Position numbers and translations under genes: made by a program
Part shown: positions 1-9,371 of the stretch, piece by piece
How the letters are laid out: every line of letters starts with the position of its first letter
Numbering within the stretch: the first letter of the stretch is position 1
The notes under the pieces: generated by a model
The model's input: only the letters and a program-made list of their open reading frames with translations
The model's database searches: none
What the model was told of the DNA's origin: nothing
Assembly (NCBI GenBank): GCA_965222375.1
Contig: CBDCTZ010000016.1
Coordinates: forward strand, 2,592,001 to 2,656,000
DNA: 64,000 nt
DNA from: Polyangiaceae bacterium
Lineage (GTDB): Bacteria > Myxococcota_A > Polyangia > Polyangiales > Polyangiaceae
Direction: 5' to 3'

Positions 1-657
1 AACGGCCAAGCGATGGTTTTTGCGGCGAAGGGCGAACCGCCGACCTTCGAAGCAGTGCAGGGGCCAGAACCCGTTGGCTATCGCTATAGTGCGCCTTTTG
101 CACGGCGACCGACTTGTGACCCAACCCGAGGCACGCTGCTGAACAACTCCAAGCCGCTCTTCGATGCCCTGGGTACGGGGATTGTGCAGGCTGCGGAGTT
201 GGATGGGCAGCCCGGCGCGGATTTGATCGCTTTGGGTAAGGAGAACGCTTCGAGCCTGGATGGACTTGTCGTCTACCCTGGCACCGCCGACGGCAAGATA
301 CGGTTTGATGCCCCCTTGGTGCTCGCGGTGCCTGGAGCCAAGCACTTGGTCGGCTTCACACTGATCCAAGCTGATCGGGATGACGCACCCGAGCTGGCGC
401 TAATCACGGATGAAGGGTTGGTCATTGGCGAACTGGACGTAGGGGCCAAGACGGTCACCATCGCGGCTCCGATCGGGCCACTGGATTTCACCGGTGGCTT
501 CTTGGGTAAGGACGAACCATTCCTTCCAGGGCTGGGCGCTCGAGAGTCTCGCGCTTTTGCCCTAATCGCCAATGACATCGATAGGGATGGCGTTGAGGAC
601 CTGGTGCTGGGCTTCAACGGTTTTCTACGCATCCTGAAAGGCAGGGAGTTTCGATGA
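1..657 (+). CDS. FG-GAP/VCBS-repeat protein, C-terminal part (5' end probably outside the window)
   Basis: Ca-binding FG-GAP-like loops (AELDGQPGADLIAL, ADRDDAPELAL, NDIDRDGVEDLVLG); stop overlaps the next ATG (ATGA). Confidence 0.65.
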   Translation, partial: NGQAMVFAAKGEPPTFEAVQGPEPVGYRYSAPFARRPTCDPTRGTLLNNSKPLFDALGTGIVQAAELDGQPGADLIALGKENASSLDGLVVYPGTADGKIRFDAPLVLAVPGAKHLVGFTLIQADRDDAPELALITDEGLVIGELDVGAKTVTIAAPIGPLDFTGGFLGKDEPFLPGLGARESRAFALIANDIDRDGVEDLVLGFNGFLRILKGREFR

Positions 658-1898
658 GACGTGCGCTGTGTATCCTCGCCGCAGGCTTGTTTCTGAGCGG
701 TAGCGCGCTTTCCCAGGACAAAGGTGGCGACGCGCGCGCTTTCTTCAACATCGGCGCCAAGGCCTACCAGGCGGGCAAGTACAAGAACGCCATCAGCGCT
801 TTCGAGGAAGCCTACAAGCGCGCGCAGCGTCCCGGTCTGTTGTTCTCACTCGGGCAGGCCCACCGCATGCAGTTCTTCCGGGACAGCGATTCGGCTCGGC
901 TCCGAGATGCGGTTCGCTACTACCGCGACTACCTGAAGAAGGATCCGGGCGGTCGTCGTGCCGGGGAAGCCACCGAGGCGCTGGAAAAGCTCGTCCCCCT
1001 GCTCGAAAGGCTGAGCGACTCGGCTGAGGGTGAGACGCCGTCGGCGCCGGCGACGAAGGCGAGCAAACCACGTGTGATGATCAGCTCTCCGACCGAGGGT
1101 GCCAAGATCTTCTTCGATGGCAAGCCCGTGGAGGGGTCGACCTTCATCGCCGAGGTGGCGCCGGGCAAGCACAAGGTGATGATCCGTGCCCAGGGATATC
1201 AGGATTACGTTCGCGAAGTGACTGTCGACCCGGTTGGCGGAGCGCCGCCCATCGATGTGGCTCTCACCGAAAAGCCCGCCGAGGTCTGGCTGGTCGCGCC
1301 GGGCGGTTCCGAAATCTCTGTCAACGGACGTTTCATCGGCACGGCGCCCCAGCCGGCAATCAAACTACCTGCTGGTAGCCACTTCATCGCAGTCACCCAA
1401 AACGGCAAGCGAGCGTTCACCAAGACCGTGAAACTCAGCCGAGGCGAGAAACAACGCATCACCGTGGACTTGGAGACCACGGGCCAGCGAACGGCGGCGT
1501 GGATCACTCTGGGGGTCGGTGCTGGCGCCGTGATTGGTAGTGGCGTGCTAGGCGCGCTGGCGTTCAAGGCCGAGAGCGACGCTCAATCCATCCTCGATGA
1601 CGTGGACGGCGCGGGGAACGCCAAGGCCAGCGCGCTCGCGGACTACGAAGACAAACGTGATCAGCGCGACAATTTCCGCTTGGCATCCTTCATCGCCGGT
1701 GGCGCGGGTCTCGCGTTGATCGGGACATCCATTGTCTTGTTCTCTTTCGACGAACCCCGCGTGCAGGTACCCGAGCTCGACAAGAAGAAAGGCCCTTCGC
1801 CCAAGCCATCTCCCGGGGCGCCGGGCAGCATGGAGATATCCTTAGCTCCCAGTTTTGGGCCTGGCGGCTCGTTGATGTCGCTGCGCGGTCGCTTCTGA
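654..1898 (+). CDS. Secreted TPR + PEGA domain protein
   Basis: Signal peptide; TPR helices (AYQAGKYKNAISAFEEAY); PEGA repeats (SPTEGAKIFFDG..PGKHKVMIRAQGYQDY); two Gly-rich hydrophobic segments; ends LRGRF. Confidence 0.85.
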   Translation: MRRALCILAAGLFLSGSALSQDKGGDARAFFNIGAKAYQAGKYKNAISAFEEAYKRAQRPGLLFSLGQAHRMQFFRDSDSARLRDAVRYYRDYLKKDPGGRRAGEATEALEKLVPLLERLSDSAEGETPSAPATKASKPRVMISSPTEGAKIFFDGKPVEGSTFIAEVAPGKHKVMIRAQGYQDYVREVTVDPVGGAPPIDVALTEKPAEVWLVAPGGSEISVNGRFIGTAPQPAIKLPAGSHFIAVTQNGKRAFTKTVKLSRGEKQRITVDLETTGQRTAAWITLGVGAGAVIGSGVLGALAFKAESDAQSILDDVDGAGNAKASALADYEDKRDQRDNFRLASFIAGGAGLALIGTSIVLFSFDEPRVQVPELDKKKGPSPKPSPGAPGSMEISLAPSFGPGGSLMSLRGRF

Positions 1899-1965
1899 AA
1901 GCCCGGTATTTTCCGAGGGTAAGTAGCGACGGCTGCCCAGTCGGGTTACCCTCCTTTTCCCTGCT

Positions 1966-3558
1966 ATGGCGACGTGCCCCAAGTGTCAGAAGCACTTCCC
2001 CGACGATGTGCACACCTGCGCGGATGACGGCACGACCTTGTTGCCGGACGTCGCTGCCCAAGGCCTGGACAAGGAGTTGGCGGCAGGCCACATGGTCGGT
2101 GAGTACCGCATCGAATCCAAACTCGGCGAAGGCGGATTCGGCATGGTCTACAAGGCGCTGCAACCGGTCATTGGAAAGCCCGTCGCGATCAAGATCCTGA
2201 ATCGGGAGCTGTCGAGCAACCCGGACATGGTCTCGCGGTTCGTGGATGAGGCACGGGCCGTCAATCAGATCCGCAGCCGCTACATCATCGACATCTTCGC
2301 CTTCGGCGCGCTGCCGGATGGTCGCCAATACTTCGTGATGGAGCTTCTAGACGGCATCACCCTGGAGGACCATCTGGAGGCTCAAGGTCGGCTGGCACCT
2401 GCGGAAGTGGCTCAGCTGCTGCGAAATGTGGGTCGCGCCCTGGAGGCCGCCCACGCTGCGGGCATCGTGCATCGGGATCTAAAGCCCGAGAATATCTTCT
2501 TGATCAAAGAAGAGGATGGCAGCGCGACGCCGAAGCTACTCGACTTCGGAATCGCAAAACTGGCTGGTGACAAGACCAGCGCCAAGACCCGTACGGGGGT
2601 GCCCATGGGCACGCCGTACTACATGTCTCCCGAACAGTGCCGTGGCGACAAGATCGATCACCGCACGGACATCTACTCCCTCGGCGTCGTGGTGCATCAA
2701 TTGATCACCGGCACGCTGCCCTTCTCCGCGGATTCCTTCATGCAGGTGTTGTTCAAGCACGCTAGCGAGCCACCGCCGAAGCCATCCATGGTGTGTCCGG
2801 AGTTGGGCACGCGCTACGACGAGCCAGTTCTGGCCATGCTGGCGAAGTCGCCGGATCAGCGGCCCCAGAGCGCTAGCCAGGCCATCGAGAACTTCGCTGC
2901 CTGCGTGCCGGCCGGAGCCACTCTCAACGAGTTCTCGGCTGGAGCAACGGTCCCCGCCCACGTTGCCATGAGCGCCGCCACACCCGCCGATTTGGCGTCC
3001 CTGCGCGCGGCGACTCCGCCGGACCTCGCCGGGCGTACTGCGCCGCCTCTCGAGACGAGCCCTCGCTCTAGTTCATCCAAAGGCGTCGTGTTTGCAGCGG
3101 TAGGCTTGGTCGTGTTGGTGGGGTTGGGTTTGGGTGCTTTTGCGCTCACTCGTTCCTCGGATGCTTCTCCGCCGACAAATGAAACCGTGGCGGCACAACC
3201 CACCGCGCCGCCGGCGGGGACGCCTTCCGCTGCGCCATCAGCGGTCCCCGAAGTGGAGCCCGCACCCGTTTCCACTACCGTCAGCTTGGAGATCCAGTCG
3301 GAGCCGCCGGAGGTGGACGTCTTTCTGGGGGACAAGAAACTCGGGAGCTTGCCTGCCGATAGCATCGAAGTGGATCGCGGCGAAGAGCAGCTCGAACTGA
3401 CCATCAAAGCGGAGGGCTACGAGCCGAGCCAATTGAGCGTCAAGCCTACTGCGAACGCGGTGCTTTCCGTGAAGCTCAAGAAGGTCGTGAAGAAGAGTCG
3501 ACCGCGGCCGCGGCCGAAGCCCCCGGGTGGGGGGACGTCTTCAGAGCTCGAGTTCTGA
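1966..3558 (+). CDS. Membrane Ser/Thr protein kinase (zinc-ribbon-like N-terminus, TM, C-terminal PEGA-like domain)
   Basis: GEGGFG, VAIK, HRDLKPEN, DFG, GTPYYMSPEQ; CPKC..CADDG N-terminus; TM segment after the kinase domain. Confidence 0.95.
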   Translation: MATCPKCQKHFPDDVHTCADDGTTLLPDVAAQGLDKELAAGHMVGEYRIESKLGEGGFGMVYKALQPVIGKPVAIKILNRELSSNPDMVSRFVDEARAVNQIRSRYIIDIFAFGALPDGRQYFVMELLDGITLEDHLEAQGRLAPAEVAQLLRNVGRALEAAHAAGIVHRDLKPENIFLIKEEDGSATPKLLDFGIAKLAGDKTSAKTRTGVPMGTPYYMSPEQCRGDKIDHRTDIYSLGVVVHQLITGTLPFSADSFMQVLFKHASEPPPKPSMVCPELGTRYDEPVLAMLAKSPDQRPQSASQAIENFAACVPAGATLNEFSAGATVPAHVAMSAATPADLASLRAATPPDLAGRTAPPLETSPRSSSSKGVVFAAVGLVVLVGLGLGAFALTRSSDASPPTNETVAAQPTAPPAGTPSAAPSAVPEVEPAPVSTTVSLEIQSEPPEVDVFLGDKKLGSLPADSIEVDRGEEQLELTIKAEGYEPSQLSVKPTANAVLSVKLKKVVKKSRPRPRPKPPGGGTSSELEF

Positions 3559-3567
3559 GCGACGTAG

Positions 3568-3912
3568 CTAGAATCGACCCCGCACACCCGCGCTCGAGGG
3601 GCCGACCCAGATCGATGCCGAGCTGCTCGGTGGTTTTTCAGCGCCGCCGCGGGTCAGATCCCAAATTCCGATTACGGCGCCAACGCCTGCTACCGCAAAG
3701 GAGATAGTCGAGACCGTGCCCAGGGTTTTTCCGGAGTCGATGCCCCCCAGCACCACAGGGTCTTGTCAGACAGGATGGCGCAGCTGCTCTTCGGGCCCGC
3801 CGCCGCAGTTTTCCGTGCAGTCGACCTTCTCGAGGTCGCTGAGACCCGACAGGGCATTGCAGCCCAGGGCGAGGGCAGCGAAAAGCGCCATTTGTGCTGC
3901 TCGTTGCCCCAT
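3568..3912 (-). pseudogene. Chimeric remnant: lipoprotein N-terminus + RCC1-like repeat fragment + TPR/PEGA-family C-terminus
   Basis: Lipobox LALGC; in a shifted frame 3744-3797 reads GPKSSCAILSDKTLWCWG; in-frame TGA at 3766-3768; then IDSGKTLGTVSTISFAV...GVRGRF. Confidence 0.7.
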
Positions 3913-3982
3913 GGTCCCGGATTGCCTTGCGCCTCTTGATTGGGTCCGCCGCACGGCTGCGGCGGACCGGGGTGACCCGCGA

Positions 3983-5785
3983 CTACGGGCAGCTGCAGCT
4001 GGCCTGCTTCTTCGCTTCGTCGACGCAGTAGTTGTCCCACTTGCCGAACTGAGCGTCGCAGCAGAAGGCGTCCGCTTGGCAGACGTCCTTTTCGCACTGA
4101 CCGCAGGTCTCGCTCAGGGCGGTGCCCTCCACGCACGCGGAATGGTCACAGGTGCCGCCGGTGCCACCACCGCAAGCGGTGCATAGCTGCTTGGCCTTGC
4201 TCACACAGAGGCTGTCCCAGGTCCCGCTGCCCGTGGCGCCGCCACAGCAGAAAGCGTCGGCCTTACAGACCTCCGCTGCGCAGGTGTCACAGCTCGGGTC
4301 GAGGGGGCCGCCCGCACTGCAGGGGCTGTGGTCACACTTGCCACCCGTGCCGGTTCCACCGCCGCAGGCCTTCGTCGGATTGGAGCAGGGAATACACACG
4401 CCGTAATCGCCAGCGATGTTCAGGCACTGGAAATGCAGGCTGTGGTCCTCGTTTTTGCCGTAGAGCAGATCGATGAGCAGCTTGCCTGCGATGCTGGCCA
4501 AGGGGTCACCCTTGAACAAGCTGGCAATCAGCGGGTCGAGTTCGATCTTCTTGCAGTCCGAGTCCTCCCGGCACGGCACGCAAACGCCGCATTTGATGCT
4601 CTCGGTGATCTTGACGCTGGCACAGGCCGGCATGCCGTAGTTCACGTTGGCGTCGTTGATCTTGACCTTCACGCTGCCGACGCTGATTTCCGGCTTGCCA
4701 ATCAGGTCCCGGATGGCCTCGCCGACGTTGTACTGAATGCCCACGCCCTTGCAGTCATCGTCCTTTGAGCAGGTATTGGTGACTTTGTCGTAGGGAGCCG
4801 GAAGCACCGCGACGCCTGGCCCGAGATCCGAGCATCCCTTCGCCGACGGCGAACACGTGCCGTAGACCCCGCCGTTGATCGGGAACTTGCACTTCCACGG
4901 GTTGGTTGGGTCTCCACAGCCCTCGCAATTGGTGTCATCGGTGCAGGCCCCGCTCGTGCTGCCGGGCAACCCGCAGGGCTTGACGCAAGTGCCCTTCTTG
5001 CATTCGAAGCCAGCGGGGCAGGCGTAGGTGTCCGAGCACTCCGCACACACGTGGTTGAAGCAGCCCCGGGCCTTCTTGCCGTTGGCCGTCTCGCAACGCG
5101 CGCACTCGTTGTCCGTGGTGCAGCTGCCCGGGCACCTGTTGGCACATTTGTTGTTCTCGCACACGTCCGTGGGAGAACACAGGCTCGTGTTCGTCTCCGT
5201 GCACGCCACGCACTTGCCGGTCGCCGTGTCGCACAGCTGGTGTTGGGGATCGCAGCCTAGGCAATCCGAGTTGGCCGTGCAGGTGATCGTCGGTTCACCG
5301 TTGGCATCCGTCAGGCATTCCTTGTCGGTGCAGGTTCCGAAAGAGGAGCAGGTCTTGCCGGGGGGACAACCTTCACCCGTAGACGGGTTGCAGGCGATGC
5401 AGCGCTTGGTTGCGGTGTCGCACTTGGTGCGGTCGAAGGAGCAACCCGCGCACTCTTGGTCGCTCGAGCAGTTCGTCAGGAAGCACACGCCGCCGGTAGA
5501 GGCGCCAGAGCCACCGGTTCCGCCTTGCCCGCCGCCGCCTGTTCCTGCGTCGGTTCCGGGCTTGCCTCCGCCTCCGCCTCCGCCGTCGTCGCTGCCACAA
5601 CCCGGCAGGGCTAGAGAGATGGGGAGCAGCAGCGACACGGCTGCAGTCAAAAGGGTTCGGATGGGGTTCTTGGCCGACACGACAAAGCCTCCTGAGGCTG
5701 AGGAAAGGAACCCCATCAGGATAGCGGACGTGCCAGCGCCTGGAAACGTTTTCAGTAGGCTGGGAAAGCTCCCACCTTTACGCAC
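3983..5785 (-). CDS. Cys-rich lipoprotein (true start probably near 5680)
   Basis: Lipobox LPGC followed by a Gly linker; many C-x-x-D-x-x-C modules; two C-terminal CDHS..DAFCC..WD..CV repeats. Confidence 0.8.
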   Translation of the reverse strand: MRKGGSFPSLLKTFPGAGTSAILMGFLSSASGGFVVSAKNPIRTLLTAAVSLLLPISLALPGCGSDDGGGGGGGKPGTDAGTGGGGQGGTGGSGASTGGVCFLTNCSSDQECAGCSFDRTKCDTATKRCIACNPSTGEGCPPGKTCSSFGTCTDKECLTDANGEPTITCTANSDCLGCDPQHQLCDTATGKCVACTETNTSLCSPTDVCENNKCANRCPGSCTTDNECARCETANGKKARGCFNHVCAECSDTYACPAGFECKKGTCVKPCGLPGSTSGACTDDTNCEGCGDPTNPWKCKFPINGGVYGTCSPSAKGCSDLGPGVAVLPAPYDKVTNTCSKDDDCKGVGIQYNVGEAIRDLIGKPEISVGSVKVKINDANVNYGMPACASVKITESIKCGVCVPCREDSDCKKIELDPLIASLFKGDPLASIAGKLLIDLLYGKNEDHSLHFQCLNIAGDYGVCIPCSNPTKACGGGTGTGGKCDHSPCSAGGPLDPSCDTCAAEVCKADAFCCGGATGSGTWDSLCVSKAKQLCTACGGGTGGTCDHSACVEGTALSETCGQCEKDVCQADAFCCDAQFGKWDNYCVDEAKKQASCSCP

Positions 5786-5824
5786 CTGAACGGCTCATGC
5801 CATGGCTTTTGCGGCCTTTGGGGG

Positions 5825-7312
5825 TCAGGGCAGCCGGTACACAACTTCCGAGCCGACGACGAGATCGTGAACGGCCCGCTTCTTGGGGTGAAACGCGGCC
5901 AGTGCGAGGCCCGCGGCGTACAACATGCTCAGAAGTACGTTGCTGACCGCCACGGCAAGAACAAGCGCCTCGAAGGCGTCCATGTCCCGCAATTGGATTT
6001 GCTGCACTGCCATTTGAAGGCCGCCGCCGCCCTGGGTGAGCAGAATCACCAGGCCGGCCAAGAAGGGTAGCCACAAGCTCGCTACGGTGCGCGCGAAGGA
6101 CCGACCCCACCCCAATGCTCCGCCATCTGAGCCGCGCACCCGTAGGCTCATCAGGTACTTGCCGGCTGTCTGCCCCCAGGTTGCGTGTGCCGCAGTGACA
6201 TACGCCAAATGGAGCGCCAATCCCCACAATCCCAGCAGACCGATCACGATACCGGCCAAAGCGACGTCGATGCTCACTGCGGCGCCGCGTGCCCAAAAGC
6301 CGCCATGGCGGGTGGCCTCTGGTGCAACAGCTTCCAGAGCCGCGATCAGTTCTTCATAGCTGCCTGGCCGACTTCTTGGCTCTTTCGCCATGAGACGCTC
6401 GATGATCGCCGCCAGAGCCGTTGGAACCGCCGGGGCCCTTTCGGCCAGGGAGGGCGGCGCTTCAGTCAGGTGTTTGCTGACCACCGCAAGCGGCGTCTTG
6501 CCATCGAAGGGTGGCGCGCCGGAAAGCAGGTGATGGAAGGTGCAGCCAAGGGAATACATATCCGCGCGGAAGTCGATGTCATCACCCTTGGCTTGTTCCG
6601 GCGCCATGTACAAAGGGCTGCCTACGACAGCGCCCTCTTGGGTGATCTTCGAATCGGTTCTGCCAACGGGCTTCGCTACACCAAAGTCTGCGATCTTCAC
6701 GTCGCCGGATGCATCGACCAGAAGGTTGCTCGGTTTGATGTCGCGGTGAACGATGCCCGCTCGCCACGCGTCACTCAGTCCACGAGCAACTTGGAGCATC
6801 AGCTTGCGCGCGCGTTCGGCATCGATTTCTTCACCCGCCTCGAGAGTGCTCTCCAAAGCGCCGCCCTCCACGAGCTCCATCGCGAAGTACAGTGATTGAC
6901 GCCCAGCGTTTCCAGGTGGAGTTCGCCCGATGTGGTATATGTGTACGACGTGCCGGGAGTTCAGACGCGCCTGGGCCCGTGCCTCACGAATGAATCGCTC
7001 TTGAAGTTGAGCGTCGCGAGCAAAGTCCTCGGGTAGCACCTTGATGGCAACGCGGCGGTCCAACGAGCGATCGTGGCCAATGAAGACTGCTCCCATGCCC
7101 CCGCGTGCCAAGGGCTCGAGCACGTCGAAATGGTCCAGGCCACAACCGACCCAGCGTTGCAGCTCCGACCGCGTGCTCTCCACGGACTTTCGTGGGCCGC
7201 TTTCGGCGAGCAGCGTGGTGTCGAAAGCATCCGCGTCAGTGCTCATCCCCAAACTCCATCCGATCATTGCATGAGTTCCCCTCACCGGCGTGATGGCTTC
7301 CTCCCATCGCAA
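5825..7312 (-). CDS. Ser/Thr kinase fused to a C-terminal RDD membrane domain (start probably 7246)
   Basis: GGMG, VAIK, HRDIKPSN, DFG, SPLYMAPE; RDD hallmarks FWARGAAVSID, GQTAGKYLMSLRV, RAVHDLVVGSEVV. Confidence 0.9.
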   Translation of the reverse strand: MRWEEAITPVRGTHAMIGWSLGMSTDADAFDTTLLAESGPRKSVESTRSELQRWVGCGLDHFDVLEPLARGGMGAVFIGHDRSLDRRVAIKVLPEDFARDAQLQERFIREARAQARLNSRHVVHIYHIGRTPPGNAGRQSLYFAMELVEGGALESTLEAGEEIDAERARKLMLQVARGLSDAWRAGIVHRDIKPSNLLVDASGDVKIADFGVAKPVGRTDSKITQEGAVVGSPLYMAPEQAKGDDIDFRADMYSLGCTFHHLLSGAPPFDGKTPLAVVSKHLTEAPPSLAERAPAVPTALAAIIERLMAKEPRSRPGSYEELIAALEAVAPEATRHGGFWARGAAVSIDVALAGIVIGLLGLWGLALHLAYVTAAHATWGQTAGKYLMSLRVRGSDGGALGWGRSFARTVASLWLPFLAGLVILLTQGGGGLQMAVQQIQLRDMDAFEALVLAVAVSNVLLSMLYAAGLALAAFHPKKRAVHDLVVGSEVVYRLP

Positions 7313-7654
7313 GGGTCATGCCACCCCTGCTGCCCCCGAAAATCCGCCATAAACGCTGGCCGGCAGACAGACACTGTGTCGTCGGTACCACGGCCCCCTG
7401 GGCGCCCCCGTCACAGTCACAAAACGCCGGGATTAGTTCTTTAATTTCAGGCATATAGCAGCAAGCGACTCGTCTGGGAGAATGCCGCCAGCGCGGCCGT
7501 CGTCTAAGCCGACGTTAACCAGTCCACGCTTTTTGGCCCTTGCTTCACAAAGACTCGGGTTGACCCGCGATGCCTCCTAGTGGCAAACCGGTGCCCGACC
7601 AAAGGGGGGCTTGAGCCCTTGGAAGCGCATCTACGGATGCCCAGGAGTTTCCAC

Positions 7655-8296
7655 ATGACCGCAACTTATCGACTGAAGCTCAGGAAAGTTGGCCTAACCC
7701 TCGGCGCCGTCGCCAGTCTGGCCCTCGTGGCCGGTTGCGCGGGTACGAAGGTTTTTGAAGGCCAAACCGCATTTGCCGTACAGGGTACGCCTCCGGCGCC
7801 CCCTCCACCGCCACCACCACCGCCGCCAGAGGAGCCCAAGAAAGAGGAGCCAAAACGCGTCGAGGTCAAGGCTGACAAGATCGAGATTCGCGAGAAGATC
7901 CAATTCGAATACAACAGCGCGAAGATCAAAGAGGCGTCCGACGGACTCATCACTGAGATTGCCGACGTCATCAAGAAGCACCCTCACATCAAGAAGATCC
8001 AGATCGAGGGGCATGCGAGCTCTGAGGGCAACGCGGCTTACAACAAGACGCTGTCCGGTCGTCGCGCGAATGCAGTCAAGGCTGCGCTCATCGCCAAAGG
8101 AGTCGAGGCTGGTCGGCTGACCTCCAAGGGTTTCGGAGCCGAGAAGCCCATCGCCTCGAACGACACCGAGGAAGGCAAAGAGGCCAACCGCCGTGTCGAG
8201 TTCAACATCACTGAACAGGACTCCAAGAAGGAGGCCCCCACTACGCCAGCGACTCCCGCAGTCGGGAATCTCAAGAAGCCCGGAGCGAAGAAGTGA
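7655..8296 (+). CDS. OmpA-family peptidoglycan-binding lipoprotein
   Basis: Lipobox LVAGC, poly-Pro linker, IEGH..N..LS.RRA.AV and NRRVEF motifs. Confidence 0.92.
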   Translation: MTATYRLKLRKVGLTLGAVASLALVAGCAGTKVFEGQTAFAVQGTPPAPPPPPPPPPPEEPKKEEPKRVEVKADKIEIREKIQFEYNSAKIKEASDGLITEIADVIKKHPHIKKIQIEGHASSEGNAAYNKTLSGRRANAVKAALIAKGVEAGRLTSKGFGAEKPIASNDTEEGKEANRRVEFNITEQDSKKEAPTTPATPAVGNLKKPGAKK

Positions 8297-8325
8297 GCGC
8301 CGCTCGCACTCGACAGGAGACAATC

Positions 8326-8727
8326 ATGAAGAAATTCCTCATGCCTTTTTCGTTGGTGTTGCTCGCAGCCGCCACTGGCTGTTCCTTCGCCGCACGCTCT
8401 CCGGAAATGTACCGGGATGACACCGCGGCGTTGCTCGAGACCAAGAATGCGGAAATCCGCGCTTGCTATGACCAGCAGCTGCAGGCCAACCAGACCGCCG
8501 CGGGTACGGTTCGTGTTCAGTTCATGGTCCAAAAGGACACTGGGATGATCGTGGATCCCCAGGTGGATGCTGCGGGTACGACCGCTCCCGCTGAGGTTTC
8601 CACTTGTGTGGTGAACGCCATCAATGGTCTGACCCTAGCGCCGCCGGATCAGAACGACGGGCAGGCAACCTTCACCTGGGAATTCGTCGCAGGTGGTGCT
8701 CCCGCGGAACCGCCGCCTGCTGGCTGA
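8326..8727 (+). CDS. AgmX/PglI C-terminal (TonB-C-like) domain lipoprotein
   Basis: Lipobox AATGC; EIRACY...GTVRVQF...CV pattern; SD AGGAG upstream of ATG 8326. Confidence 0.75.
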   Translation: MKKFLMPFSLVLLAAATGCSFAARSPEMYRDDTAALLETKNAEIRACYDQQLQANQTAAGTVRVQFMVQKDTGMIVDPQVDAAGTTAPAEVSTCVVNAINGLTLAPPDQNDGQATFTWEFVAGGAPAEPPPAG

Positions 8728-8748
8728 TTCGGGAATGACAAAAAGTGA

Positions 8749-8775
8749 AAACGGCGGCTCCTCGGGCCGCCGTTT
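8749..8775. terminator. Probable bidirectional intrinsic terminator
   Basis: AAACGGCGGC-7nt-GCCGCCGTTT hairpin between convergent genes, A-rich upstream and T-containing downstream. Confidence 0.7.
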
Positions 8776-8825
8776 CGCGTTTGTGGAGTGACGCCCAACC
8801 GTGAGCGGACCAGCCGCAGCTCAGC

Positions 8826-9242
8826 TCAGTCCAGGCGAGCACCGAAAGTCTCTCGCAACTGCTCCTCGAGCGCCATCACCGACCCGCCAGCGACGCCGAT
8901 GCGCAGAGAGATGGTCGTGTCATCCCCCCAAGGCCACCACAGCCCGTAGGCAATCGATCCGCCGACGGGGTTCGTCGCTACAATCAGCTGATCCTGCCGC
9001 ACGCCGCCCGTTCGGTCGGCGATCTGCTGCACGATGGGTGGCGCTTTGCTCAGCGTCCGATGGTTCCACTTGTGTGGGAACGCCACGGGAAGAGCGGCTC
9101 GGGACTCGTCCGACAGCTCGACGCCGAAAGCGGAGGCGACGCAGGACAGCCGGTTATCCCAGCTCCAGCCCCGCTTGGGCCACTGGGTCCGGAACTTTCC
9201 CAGCAAGATGAAGAGCTCGCTCGCGGAGCCCGTGGTGCTCAT
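8826..9242 (-). CDS. Hypothetical protein
   Basis: 138-aa ORF with globular composition (GWSWDNR, YGLWWPWG) filling the gap between genes. Confidence 0.7.
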   Translation of the reverse strand: MSTTGSASELFILLGKFRTQWPKRGWSWDNRLSCVASAFGVELSDESRAALPVAFPHKWNHRTLSKAPPIVQQIADRTGGVRQDQLIVATNPVGGSIAYGLWWPWGDDTTISLRIGVAGGSVMALEEQLRETFGARLD

Positions 9243-9371
9243 ATCCAGGATTCATATCAAAATTGCGCTCTAGTGTGGGTCATTGAAAAAATGAGCCTAC
9301 GCCGCCCGAGGCAGGCATTTCGGGCGAGCCACCCTTGAAAGGTCGACGGTGCTACAGTCCCGAGCCTAGCC

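Noticed and set aside
3766..3768. In-frame TGA as selenocysteine or programmed readthrough
   Set aside because: The protein-like RCC1 motif lies in a different frame across the stop, favouring a deletion scar; no redox-motif context
7581..7594. Sigma-54 promoter upstream of the OmpA gene (TGGCAAACCGGTGC)
   Set aside because: GG-to-GC spacing is 9 nt rather than the required 10
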